From Balanoglossus misakiensis (taxonomy: Eukaryota; Animalia; Hemichordata), in NCBI GenBank assembly GCA_040954595.2, contig CM082591.2, positions 10,867,309 to 10,931,308 of the forward strand: a DNA stretch of 64,000 bases, written 5' to 3'. Positions within the stretch are counted from its first letter, which is position 1, and each line of letters begins with the position of its first letter. A model generated the notes under the pieces. That model was not told the DNA's origin, did not search any database, and saw nothing but the letters and a program-made list of their open reading frames with translations. The translations under genes and the position numbers were made by a program. This document shows positions 1 to 11,100 of this stretch, piece after piece.

Positions 1-2402
1 ACAACAGAATTCGGTAAATAAACGAGGGTGTGTTTGGAAGCAACCATGGAAACTTTAGAACTATCCGTCGATCTACAGAGTCTAGTGGAAAACTTTCTTA
101 TGCGCATAGACCTATCATGTGTTCTGCGCATCACAACATAATTTTGTAAACAAACGAGGCTGTGTTCGGAAGCAACCATGGAAACTTTAGAACTATCCGT
201 CGATCTACAGAGTCTAGTGGAAAACTTTCTTATGCGCATAGGCCTATCATGTGTTCTGCGCATCACAACATATTTCCTTAAATAAACGAGGCTGTGTTTG
301 GAAGCAACCATGGAAACTTTAGAACTATCCGTCGATCGACAGAGTCTAGTGGAAAACTTTCTTATGCGCATAGACCTATCATGTGTTCTGCGCATCACAA
401 CAGAATTTTGTAAACAAACGAGGCTGTGTTTGGAAGCAACCATGGAAACTTTAGAACTATCCGTCGATCTACAGAGTCTAGTGGAAAACTTTCTTATGTG
501 CATAGGTCTATCATGTGTTCTGCGCATCACAACATAATTTTGAAAACAATCGAGGCTGTGTTTGGAAGCAACCATGGAAACTTTAGAACTATCCGTCGAT
601 CTACAGAGTCTAGTGGAAAACTTTCTTATGCGCATAGGCCTATCATGTTTTCTGCGCATCACAACATAATTTTGTAAACAAACGAGGCTGTGTTTGGAAG
701 CAACCATGGAAACTTTAGAACTATCCGTCGATCGACAGAGTCTAGTGGAAAACTTTCTTATGCGCATAGACCTATCATGTGTTCTGCGCATCACAACAGA
801 ATTTTGTAAACAAACGAGGCTGTGTTTGGAAGCAACCATGGAAACTTTACAACTATCCGTCGATCTACAGAGTCTAGTGGAAAACTTTCTTATGCGCATA
901 GACCTATCATGTGTTCTGCGCATCACAACAGAATTTTGTAAACAAACGAGGCTGTGTTCGGAAGCAACCATGGAAACTTTAGAACTATCCGTCGATCTAC
1001 AGAGTCTACTGGAAAACTTTCTTATGCGCATAGGCCTATCATGTTTTCTGCGCATCACAACAGAATTTTGTAAACAAACGAGGCTGTGTTTGGAAGCAAC
1101 CATGGAAACTTTAGAACTATCCGTCGATCGACAGAGTCTAGTGGAAAACTTTCTTATGCGCATAGACCTATCATGTGTTCTGCGCATCACAACAGAATTT
1201 TGTAAACAAACGAGGCCGTGTTCGGAAGCAACCATGGAAACTTTAGAACTATCCGTCGATCTACAGAGTCTAGTGGAAAACTTTCTCATGCGCATAGGCC
1301 TATCATGTGTTCTGCGCATCACAACATATTTTCTTAAATAAACGAGGCTGTGTTTGGAAGCAACCATGGAAATTTTAGAATTATCCGTCGATCTACAGAG
1401 TCTAGTGGAAAACTTTCTTATGTGCATAGGTCTATCATGTGTTCTGCGCATCACAACAGAATTCGGTAAATAAACGAGGGTGTGTTTGGAAGCAACCATG
1501 GAAACTTTAGAACTATCCGTCGATCTACAGAGTCTAGTGGAAAACTTTCTTATGCGCATAGACCTATCATGTGTTCTGCGCATCACAACATAATTTTGTA
1601 AACAAACGAGGCTGTGTTCGGAAGCAACCATGGAAACTTTAGAACTATCCGTCGATCTACAGAGTCTAGTGGAAAACTTTCTTATGCGCATAGGCCTATC
1701 ATGTGTTCTGCGCATCACAACATATTTCCTTAAATAAACGAGGCTGTGTTTGGAAGCAACCATGGAAACTTTAGAACTATCCGTCGATCGACAGAGTCTA
1801 GTGGAAAACTTTCTTATGCGCATAGACCTATCATGTGTTCTGCGCATCACAACAGAATTTTGTAAACAAACGAGGCTGTGTTTGGAAGCAACCATGGAAA
1901 CTTTAGAACTATCCGTCGATCTACAGAGTCTAGTGGAAAACTTTCTTATGTGCATAGGTCTATCATGTGTTCTGCGCATCACAACATAATTTTGAAAACA
2001 ATCGAGGCTGTGTTTGGAAGCAACCATGGAAACTTTAGAACTATCCGTCGATCTACAGAGTCTAGTGGAAAACTTTCTTATGCGCATAGGCCTATCATGT
2101 TTTCTGCGCATCACAACAGAATTTTGTAAACAAACGAGGCTGTGTTTGGAAGCAACCATGGAAACTTTAGAACTATCCGTCGATCGACAGAGTCTAGTGG
2201 AAAACTTTCTTATGCGCATAGACCTATCATGTGTTCTGCGCATCACAACAGAATTTTGTAAACAAACGAGGCTGTGTTTGGAAGCAACCATGGAAACTTT
2301 ACAACTATCCGTCGATCTACAGAGTCTAGTGGAAAACTTTCTTATGCGCATAGACCTATCATGTGTTCTGCGCATCACAACAGAATTTTGTAAACAAACG
2401 AG
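1..2402. repeat. Local higher-order duplication, 1,452-bp period (11 monomers): ~1-950 vs ~1453-2402
   Basis: Same ordered variant monomers; identical ORFs at 298/1750. Confidence 0.85.
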
Positions 2403-4074
2403 GCCGTGTTTCGAAGCAACCATGGAAATTTTAGAACTATCCGTCGATCGACAGATTCTATCAGAAAACTTTCTCATGCGCATAGGTCTATCGTGTGTTC
2501 TGCGCATCAAAACAGATTTCCTCAAATAAACGAGGCTGTGTTTGGAAGCAACCATGGAAATATTAGAACTATCCGTCGATCTACTGAGTCTAGTGGAAAA
2601 CTTTCTTATGTGCATAGGTCTATCATGTGTTCTGCGCATCACAACATAATTTTGAAAACAATCGAGGCTGTGTTTGGAAGCAACCATGGAAACTTTAGAA
2701 CTATCCGTCGATCTACAGAGTCTAGTGGAACACTTTCTTATGCGCATAGGCCTATCATGTTTTCTGCGCATCACAACAGAATTTTCTTAACAAACGAGGC
2801 TGTGTTTGGAAGCAACCATGGAAACTTTAGAACTATCCGTCGATCGACAGAGTCTAGTGGAAAACTTTCTTATGCGCATAGACCTATCATTTGTTCTGCG
2901 CATCACAACAGAATTTTGTAAACAAACGAGGCTGTGTTTGGAAGCAACCATGGAAACTTTACAACTATCCGTCGATCTACAGAGTCTAGTGGAACACTTT
3001 CTTATGCGCATAGACCTATCATGTGTTCTGCGCATCACAACAGAATTTTGTAAACAAACGAGGCCGTGTTTCGAAGCAACCATGGAAACTTTAGAACTAT
3101 CCGTCGATCTACAGAGTCTAGAGGCAAACTTTCTTATCCTCATAGGCCTATCATGTGTTCTGCGCATCACAACAGAATTTTGTAAACAAACGAGGCTGTG
3201 TTTGGAAGCAACCATGAAAACTTTAGAACTATCCGTCGATCTACAGAGTCTAGTGGAAAACTTTCTTATGCGCATAGACCTATCATGTGTTCTGCGCATC
3301 ACAACAGAATTTTGTAAACAAACGAGGCTGTGTTCGGAAGCAACCATGGAAACTTTAGAACTATCCGTCGATCTAAAGAGTCTGGTGGAAAACTTTCTTA
3401 TGCGCATAGGCCTATCATGTGTTCTGCGCATCACAACATATTTCCTTAAATAAACGAGGCTGTGTTTGGAAGCAACCATGGAAATTTTAGAACTATCCGT
3501 CGATCTACAGAGTCTAGTGGAAAACTTTCTTATGTGCATAGGTCTATCATGTGTTCTGCGCATCACAACATAATTTTGAAAACAATCGAGGCTGTGTTTG
3601 GAAGCAACCATGGAAACTTTAGAACTATCCGTCGATCTACAGAGTCTAGTGGAAAACTTTCTTATGCGCATAGACCTATCATGTGTTCTGCGCATCACAA
3701 CAGAATTTTGTAAACAAACGAGGCCGTGTTTCGAAGCAACCATGGAAATTTTAGAACTATCCGTCGATCGACAGATTCTATCAGAAAACTTTCTCATGCG
3801 CATAGGTCTATCGTGTGTTCTGCGCATCACAACAGATTTCCTCAAATAAACGAGGCTGTGTTTGGAAGCAACCATGGAAATATTAGAACTATCCGTCGAT
3901 CTACTGAGTCTAGTGGAAAACTTTCTTATGTGCATAGGTCTATCATGTGTTCTGCGCATCACAACATAATTTTGAAAACAATCGAGGCTGTGTTTGGAAG
4001 CAACCATGGAAACTTTAGAACTATCCGTCGATCTACAGAGTCTAGTGGAAAACTTTCTTATGCGCATAGGCCTA

Positions 4075-6583
4075 TCGTGTGTTCTGCGCATCACAACAGA
4101 TTTCCTCAAATAAACAAGGCTGTGTTTGGAAGCAACCATGGACATTTTAGAACTATCCGTCGATCTACTGAGTCTAGTGGAAAACTTTCTTATGCGCATA
4201 GGCCTATCTATGTGTTCTGCGCATCACAACAGAATTCGGTGAATAAACGAGGGTGTGTTTGGAAGCAACCATGGAAACTTTAGAACTACCCGTCGATCTA
4301 CAGAGTCTAGTGGAAAACTTTCTTATGCGCATAGACCTATCATGTGTTCTGCGCATCACAACAGAATTTTGTAAACAAACGAGGCTGTGTTCGGAAGCAA
4401 CCATGGAAACTTTAGAACTATCCGTCGATCTACAGAGTCTAGTGGAAAACTTTCTTATGCGCATAGGCCTATCATGTGTTCTGCGCATCACAACATATTT
4501 CCTTAAATAAACGAGGCTGTGTTTGGAAGCAACCATGGAAACTGTAGAACTATCCGTCGATCTACAGAGTCTAGTGGAAAACTTTCTTATGCGCATAGGC
4601 CTATCATGTTTTCTGCGCATCACAACAGAATTTTGTAAATAAACGAGGCTGTGTTTGGAAGCAACCATGGAAACTTTAGAACTATCCGTCGATCGACAGA
4701 GTCTAGTGGAAAACTTTCTTATGCGCATAGACCTATCATGTGTTCTGCGCATCACAAAAGAATTTTGTAAACAAACGAGGCTGTGTTTGGAAGCAACCAT
4801 TGAAATTTTAGAACTATCCGTCGATCTACAGAGTCTAGTGGAAAACTTTCTTATGTGCATAGGTCTATCATGTGTTCTGCGCATCACAACAGAATTCGGT
4901 AAATAAACGAGGGTGTGTTTGGAAGCAACCATGGAAACTTTAGAACTATCCGTCGATCTACAGAGTCTAGTGGAAAACTTTCTTATGCACATAGACCTAT
5001 CATGTGTTCTGTGCATCACAACAGAATTTTGTAAACAAACGAGGCTGTGTTCGGAAGCAACCATGGAAACTTTAGAACTATCCGTCGATCTACAGAGTCT
5101 AGTGGAAAACTTTCTTATGCGCATAGGCCTATCATGTTTTCTGCGCATCACAACAGAATTTTGTAAACAAACGAGGCTGTGTTTGGAAGCAACCATGGAA
5201 ACTTTAGAACTATCCGTCGATCGACAGAGTCTAGTGGAAAACTTACTTATGCGCATAGACCTATCATGTGTTCTGCGCATCACAACAGAATTTTGTAAAC
5301 AAACGAGGCTGTGTTTGGAAGCAACCATGGAAACTTTACAACTATCCGTCGATCTACAGAGTCTGGTGGAAAACTTTCTTATGCGCATAGACCTATCATG
5401 TGTTCTGCGCATCACAACAGAATTTTGTAAACAAACGAGGCTGTGTTTGGAAGCAACCATGGAAACTTTAGAACTATCCGTCGATCTACAGAGTCTATAC
5501 TAGTGGAAAACTTTCTTATGCGCATAGGCCTTTCATGTGTTCTGCGCATCACAACAGATTTCCTTAAATAAACGAGGCTGTGTTTGGAAGCATCCATGGA
5601 AATTTTAGAACTATCCGTCGATCGACAGATTCTATCAGAAAACTTTCTCATGCACATAGGTCTATCGTGTGTTCTGCGCATCACAACAGATTTCCTCAAA
5701 TAAACAAGGCTGTGTTTGGAAGCAACCATGGACTTTTTAGAACTATCCGTCGATCTACTGAGTCTAGTGGAAAACTTTCTTATGCGCATAGGCCTATCTA
5801 TGTGTTCTGCGCATCACAACAGAATTCGGTAAATAAACGAGGGTGTGTTTGGAAGCAACCATGGAAACTTTAGAACTACCCGTCGATCTACAGAGTCTAG
5901 TGGAAAACTTTCTTATGCGCATAGACCTATCATGTGTTCTGCGCATCACAACAGAATTTTGTAAACAAACGAGGCTGTGTTCGGAAGCAACCATGGAAAC
6001 TTTAGAACTATCCGTCGATCTACAGAGTCTAGTGGAAAACTTTCTTATGCGCATAGGCCTATCATGTGTTCTGCGCATCACAACATATTTCCTTAAATAA
6101 ACGAGGCTGTGTTTGGAAGCAACCATGGAAACTGTAGAACTATCCGTCGATCTACAGAGTCTAGTGGAAAACTTTCTTATGCGCATAGGCCTATCATGTT
6201 TTCTGCGCATCACAACAGAATTTTGTAAATAAACGAGGCTGTGTTTGGAAGCAACCATGGAAACTTTAGAACTATCCGTCGATCGACAGAGTCTAGTGGA
6301 AAACTTTCTTATGCGCATAGACCTATCATGTGTTCTGCGCATCACAAAAGAATTTTGTAAACAAACGAGGCTGTGTTTGGAAGCAACCATTGAAATTTTA
6401 GAACTATCCGTCGATCTACAGAGTCTAGTGGAAAACTTTCTTATGTGCATAGGTCTATCATGTGTTCTGCGCATCACAACAGAATTCGGTAAATAAACGA
6501 GGGTGTGTTTGGAAGCAACCATGGAAACTTTAGAACTATCCGTCGATCTACAGAGTCTAGTGGAAAACTTTCTTATGCGCATA
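4075..6583. repeat. Local duplication, 1,590-bp period (12 monomers + 6 bp of indels); second copy ends at the LTR
   Basis: Shared rare variants (ACTACCCG, ACTGTAG, CACAAAAG, CATTGAA, +1 CTATCTATG); identical ORFs at 4253/5843 and 4655/6245. Confidence 0.88.
6579..6583 (+). repeat. Target-site duplication GCATA (left copy)
   Basis: ...TTATGC-GCATA|TGGAG; same 5-mer at 11647-11651. Removing the element plus one copy restores an intact monomer. Confidence 0.93.
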
Positions 6584-6832
6584 TGGAGAGAAGAGACGAT
6601 GAATCTATAATGACGTTATTTGCATTTGAATAATGAACTTACCTTCTGACGATGAACCCCCCTAGCTGGACGACAAAAATATCTGAACGTAGCATGAACG
6701 TTTTATTTAGTTGACACTATTCATTCATTTACTTGTTATGGCATATATAAATGTAATATATTTCAATTGTAAGGAGAGTGCATTTCGAGTGTATTAAAGT
6801 ACTTTTCGTCGGACGAGGTCTCCTTCACTCCA
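6584..6832 (+). repeat. 5' LTR (249 bp)
   Basis: Starts TGGAGAGAAG, ends CTTCACTCCA (imperfect terminal inverted repeat, 9/10). Direct repeat of 11398-11646; followed by the PBS. Confidence 0.97.
6744..6751 (+). promoter_or_regulatory. Candidate TATA box in 5' LTR
   Basis: TATATAAA in the AT-rich LTR interior, upstream of the ATTAAA signal; position is plausible for the U3 end. Motif only. Confidence 0.5.
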
Positions 6833-6836
6833 TTTT

Positions 6837-6854
6837 TGGTAGCAGAGCATGGTT
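6837..6854 (+). promoter_or_regulatory. Primer-binding site complementary to the 3' end of initiator tRNA-Met
   Basis: TGGTAGCAGAGCATGGTT, 4 nt after the 5' LTR. Reverse complement ...GCUCUGCUACCA matches the animal tRNA-iMet acceptor end; the vertebrate version would read TGGTAGCAGAGGATGGTT (one difference). Confidence 0.88.
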
Positions 6855-6893
6855 GAAGACTGCAGATTTGGACAACACTAGTTTGGAAGAAGT

Positions 6894-6951
6894 CGCCAGA
6901 AGAAACGAAGAAACGGACGCCAGAAGAAACGAAGAGACGAAGAGACGAAGA
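6894..6951 (+). repeat. Purine-rich short tandem repeats in the element 5' leader
   Basis: CGCCAGAAGAAACGAAGA at 6894 and 6918 (24-bp period), then GACGAAGA x2 running into the gag ATG. Confidence 0.85.
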
Positions 6952-8168
6952 TGGCAACAGGTGGTTCAGCAGTAGCAGAAGAAGAGCAGCTTCAGAGCGA
7001 AGTACAAGAAGTGGACAAGCCAGCAGAAGACGAAGCAGAACGGTTGGAGAAGCTGAAGCAGGGCAAAGCCAAGGCGAAAGCGGCTTTCACAAGAAGTAGG
7101 CACCAGCTGCTGCAGTTACTCGAAGAAGAATTGCCGAGTCGTCACCAGGTGAGAGAATTCCGTGAAAATCTCAACTTGGCACAGCAGAAGGCCATGGAAG
7201 TTATGACAATATTGTCAAATACGTACTTTGACAGAAAGGACTTCAAGAATGGCCAAAAAGTTGGACAAGAAATGGACATACTTGAGGAACAATACGCAAA
7301 TGTTCAGGAAAGAACACAGGACTATCTGGATGCCAGAAAAGATGACCCTTCGACTATAGGGACTGGCGTATCCAGAAAAAGTAAGAAAAGTGCAGAAAAA
7401 GAAGACGTGAACTCTAATTTATCCGAGAAGATTACCAGATGTCATTTAGAAGAAATGCAAGCTCGACAATATGCACAGCATGTAAGAGAAGAGGTACAGA
7501 AAAGGGAAGAAGAAATCGCGTATCACAGGAAACAGCTTCAAGATGAATATGCTCGTCGTCAAAGAGAGTTTGATGAAGAGTTGCAAAGAGACCTTGAGCG
7601 TGTAAGTGCTGCAGAACACAATGTACAGACAAAACATAAATTACTTGAAGACGAGATTGAAGTTGAACTGGGTTTACAGCCACCGCAACGGCAAAGGTCG
7701 GTACAAAGTGTCACAGCTATTGACAATACTATATCTGCAAATCCGCCACCTGCCTTTTGTGCTGTAACTACAAACCCTGTTGAAAATGTACACAACCAGT
7801 CATCATCTTCACAAGCAATCGGACATGATCTGTGGAAACAGTTGCAGCGAGTTCCGATTTCTGTGTTTACTGGCGATAAACGGACATACGAAAATTGGAA
7901 GGCTGCCTTTACTGCTTGTATTGATCAAGCTCCCGCCACTGCCGAGTACAAGCTGTTACAGTTGCGCCAATGCTTATCCGGTGAAGCCCTTAAAGCAATA
8001 GAAAGCCTCGGACACTCTGCCACAGCGTACGAAGCTGCCAAGGACAGATTGAATCGGAAGTACGGAGGTAAGCGTCGCCAGATTGCACTTCAAATGGAAG
8101 AACTTGAGAACTTTAGGCCAATTCGTTCGGTTACCCAAGAGACATTGAGAAGTTTGCTGATCTGTTAG
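6951..8168 (+). CDS. gag: BEL/Pao Gag, N-terminal part (coiled-coil region + DUF1759-like capsid domain), cut off by a frameshift near 8126-8130
   Basis: 405-aa ORF. E/K/Q/R-rich helical N-terminus, then LQRVPISVFTGDKRTYENWKAAF...KLLQLRQCLSGEALKAIESL...YEAAKDRLNRKYG, the DUF1759 pattern. Gag-like sequence continues in the -1 frame (GYPRDIEKFADLLDIAVINLKEAG). Confidence 0.88.
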   Translation: MATGGSAVAEEEQLQSEVQEVDKPAEDEAERLEKLKQGKAKAKAAFTRSRHQLLQLLEEELPSRHQVREFRENLNLAQQKAMEVMTILSNTYFDRKDFKNGQKVGQEMDILEEQYANVQERTQDYLDARKDDPSTIGTGVSRKSKKSAEKEDVNSNLSEKITRCHLEEMQARQYAQHVREEVQKREEEIAYHRKQLQDEYARRQREFDEELQRDLERVSAAEHNVQTKHKLLEDEIEVELGLQPPQRQRSVQSVTAIDNTISANPPPAFCAVTTNPVENVHNQSSSSQAIGHDLWKQLQRVPISVFTGDKRTYENWKAAFTACIDQAPATAEYKLLQLRQCLSGEALKAIESLGHSATAYEAAKDRLNRKYGGKRRQIALQMEELENFRPIRSVTQETLRSLLIC

Positions 8169-8185
8169 ACATTGCCGTCATCAAT

Positions 8186-11100
8186 TTGAAAGAAGCTGGT
8201 CGACATGATGAACTAGGTCACGGATCATTGTATGTCAAATTACAGAAGAAGATGACAAGGACAATGTTAGCACAGTATCACCGTTGGTTGTATGAGAGAA
8301 GAAAGGACGAATCTGTTGAAGTCCTGAGGGAATGGATTAACCAAGAGGCAGAATTTCAGACTATTGCCTATGAAACTGTCGAAGGCGTTAGAGACAAAGC
8401 CGGCGTTGGTGAGTACAAGAAACAAAACTCTGCCAGAACATTCTTTGGACACACTGAAGAAACGTACGCTAATAACAAGCCTAGAGATGGACGCAGACGA
8501 TGCAAGTTTTGCAGTGATCTTCATGGTGTGTGGAAATGCGGTGAATTCAAGAAGATGGATGCTGTCAAAAGGTGGGACTTTGCCAAGAGAACGAGACTGT
8601 GTTACCGTTGTTTGGGGGACGATCACCAAGATAAAATGTGTCCTCGAACTAGAATATGTGGAATAAATGGTTGCAGAGACACTCACAATAGACTTTTGCA
8701 CAAAAATGACATTCAGGTCAGATCTACAGGTACAACTACCAGAGATGATAAACCCTACAACTGTGGCAAAAGAGAAACGTCAACCATCCCCAGGGAATAC
8801 AGAGGAGCAACTTCCAGCAGTACGGCTTCGTCCCTCACGGAGGAGGAGCATCGACGGAAACCAGACCAGGTATCCACAACAATGATGTCAAACACACCAA
8901 CCCAATCTAGGTTTACTACCCTACGCACTGTTCCAGTAATCCTAAAGAATGGCAGACGAAGAATTAAAGTAAACGCACTACTAGATGATGCCAGTACGAA
9001 GACGTACATCAACGCTAATATTGCTGCTGAACTCGGGTTGCAAGGTGAGCCAGAAAGAGTTGCAGTGAACGTATTGAACGGACAAATAGAGACTTTTGAA
9101 ACAATGCCAGTAGAAATCGGACTTGAAAGTTTGAACGGAAGCATTGATATGAATGTCATAGCATTCACTACGGAAAAAGTCACGGGCGATATGCAAATAC
9201 GAGACTGGAGCAGGCATGCCGGAAGATGGGAGCATTTACAATGCATTGACTTTCCAAAGCTTGGTCCTCATCCCACAATCTATATGCTCATTGGTATTGA
9301 CTACTCTGATCTTCACTACTCATTCAAAGACGTCAGAGGGCTACCTGGTGAGCCAATAGCTAGACTGACTCCATTGGGATGGACTTGCATCGGCAACACT
9401 CGAGGTGAGAGTAACCAGACCAACTTTGCCCATACGTATTTTGTTAAGCAGTCAACAGAACTTGCGGACATTAATAGGACACCGAGACAGTTTGGGGAAA
9501 TTGAGAACATTGCAGACAATACTGACATTCCAGTTTTGTGTAACGAAGGTCAAGCTGCCGTAGACAAGGTTCAAAGGTCACACAGATTTGTAGATGGGCG
9601 ATACCAAGAGGCTACTCCTAGGAAGGATGATGCACCTAAACTACCCACCAACTATGAAAAGGCGAAGCAGCGTCTGCAGAACACTGAGCGGAGACTGTTA
9701 AAGAAAATGAGAAAAGGTGTTCGTCACACACCTGGACCACTGACTATGCCAGAAAATCGATCGCACATGAATATAGCCCTGGTCACACCTGAAGCAGACA
9801 AGGACTCATCTTGGCGTCTTAACCCTGAACGTTTCTCATCATGGCAGAGACTGAAAAGAATTACAGCCTGGGTGAATCGTTTCCTGGAAAACAGTAGGGT
9901 ACCTAAAAGCCAGAGAATTAAAGGTGAACTCGCGCAGGAAGAATTGGAAAATGCAGAGGTTCAGATAGTAAAGAAGACGCAGATGCAAGCGTTTCCCGAA
10001 GAATATGTTGGACTGACAAAGAGCAAGAGGCTACCTAGAGACAGTAAACTACTTGTATTGCAGCCGAGACTTGATAGCGATGGTCTCATGAGATGTGATG
10101 GAAGACTGAAATATGCCGATTGTCTACCATATGACGCCCGGTTTCCAATAATTCTACCACGGAAGCATTGGGTGACTAGACTGATTGTCAAGTTTTACCA
10201 CGAAGAGGGAAAGCATGCAGCAGGCACAAATCAGACTCTGTCCACACTGTCCACTCGATATTGGATACTCTCTGGTAGAGAAGAAATTCGTGAATGGGAG
10301 AAAAAATGTAATGAATGCCAAAGACGAAAAGCAAAGACAGCTGAACAAATCATGGCACCCTTACCAGAAATCAGACTGAGAAAGTCACTCAGAGCCTTCG
10401 CTTACACAGGAGTTGACTTTGCTGGACCATTCATTACCACTCAAGGCAGAGGGAAACGCAGAGAAAAACGTTACTTGTGTTTATTCACTTGTCTTGGAAC
10501 GAGAGCAGTTCATCTGGAAATGGCTGTTGGACTGGACACTGATTCATTTCTCAACGCTTTCTACCGCATGTGTAATCGAAGAGGCGTTCCAACAGAAATT
10601 GTGTCAGACAATGGTGGTAACTTCGTAGGAGCAGATAAAGAACTTCGACAATTAGTGGGACTACTGGACCAAGATAAAATCCAGAGAGAAACCGCCAACC
10701 GAGGTATTAAATGGCAATTTAATCCTCCACTTGCGCCACACTTTGGGGGCGTACATGAGACTATGATTAAAGCCGCAAAAAGAGCCATCTACGCAATCTT
10801 GGGCAACGCTGACGTAACGGATGAAGAACTGATGACAGCGTTTACTGGAGCAGAAGCATTATTAAACTCAAGGCCACTGACTTATCAATCAGCTAGTCCA
10901 GCAGACGACACCCCATTAACGCCAAACCATTTTCTGCATGGGCAGATTGGCGGCCAGTTTGCACCAGAATCCGTGGACACTACTGACTTCAGTCCCAGGA
11001 AGAGATGGAGACGTGTACAGGAACTAGTAAGACACTTTTGGCACCGCTGGATGAGAGAGTGGCTACCCAGTTTAAACACAAGGAAGAAATGGCTCCATCC

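Larger units (their letters stand above)
1..6583. repeat. 132-bp tandem satellite array, left arm (~50 monomers, continues beyond window start)
   Basis: CCATGG recurs at 44, 176, 308 (period 132). Consensus GAGGCTGTGTTTGGAAGCAACCATGGAAACTTTAGAACTATCCGTCGATCTACAGAGTCTAGTGGAAAACTTTCTTATGCGCATAGACCTATCATGTGTTCTGCGCATCACAACAGAATTTTGTAAACAAAC. The 44-aa periodicity of the ORF track agrees. Confidence 0.99.

Noticed and set aside
1-132. Monomer as a tRNA, 5S rRNA or snRNA gene array
   Set aside because: No recognisable cloverleaf, A/B boxes or 5S sequence by eye; an Rfam/Infernal search would settle it.
6582-6583. LTRs starting 2 bp earlier (TA precedes both copies)
   Set aside because: TG...CA ends, the TGGAG/CTCCA inverted repeat and the 5-bp TSD fix the start at 6584/11398. 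The left TA belongs to the TSD and the right TA is the PPT spacer.
8117-8168. Canonical programmed gag-pol -1 frameshift site
   Set aside because: There is no slippery heptamer, and the shift falls inside the capsid-like domain before the zinc knuckles. BEL/Pao elements usually have a single ORF.
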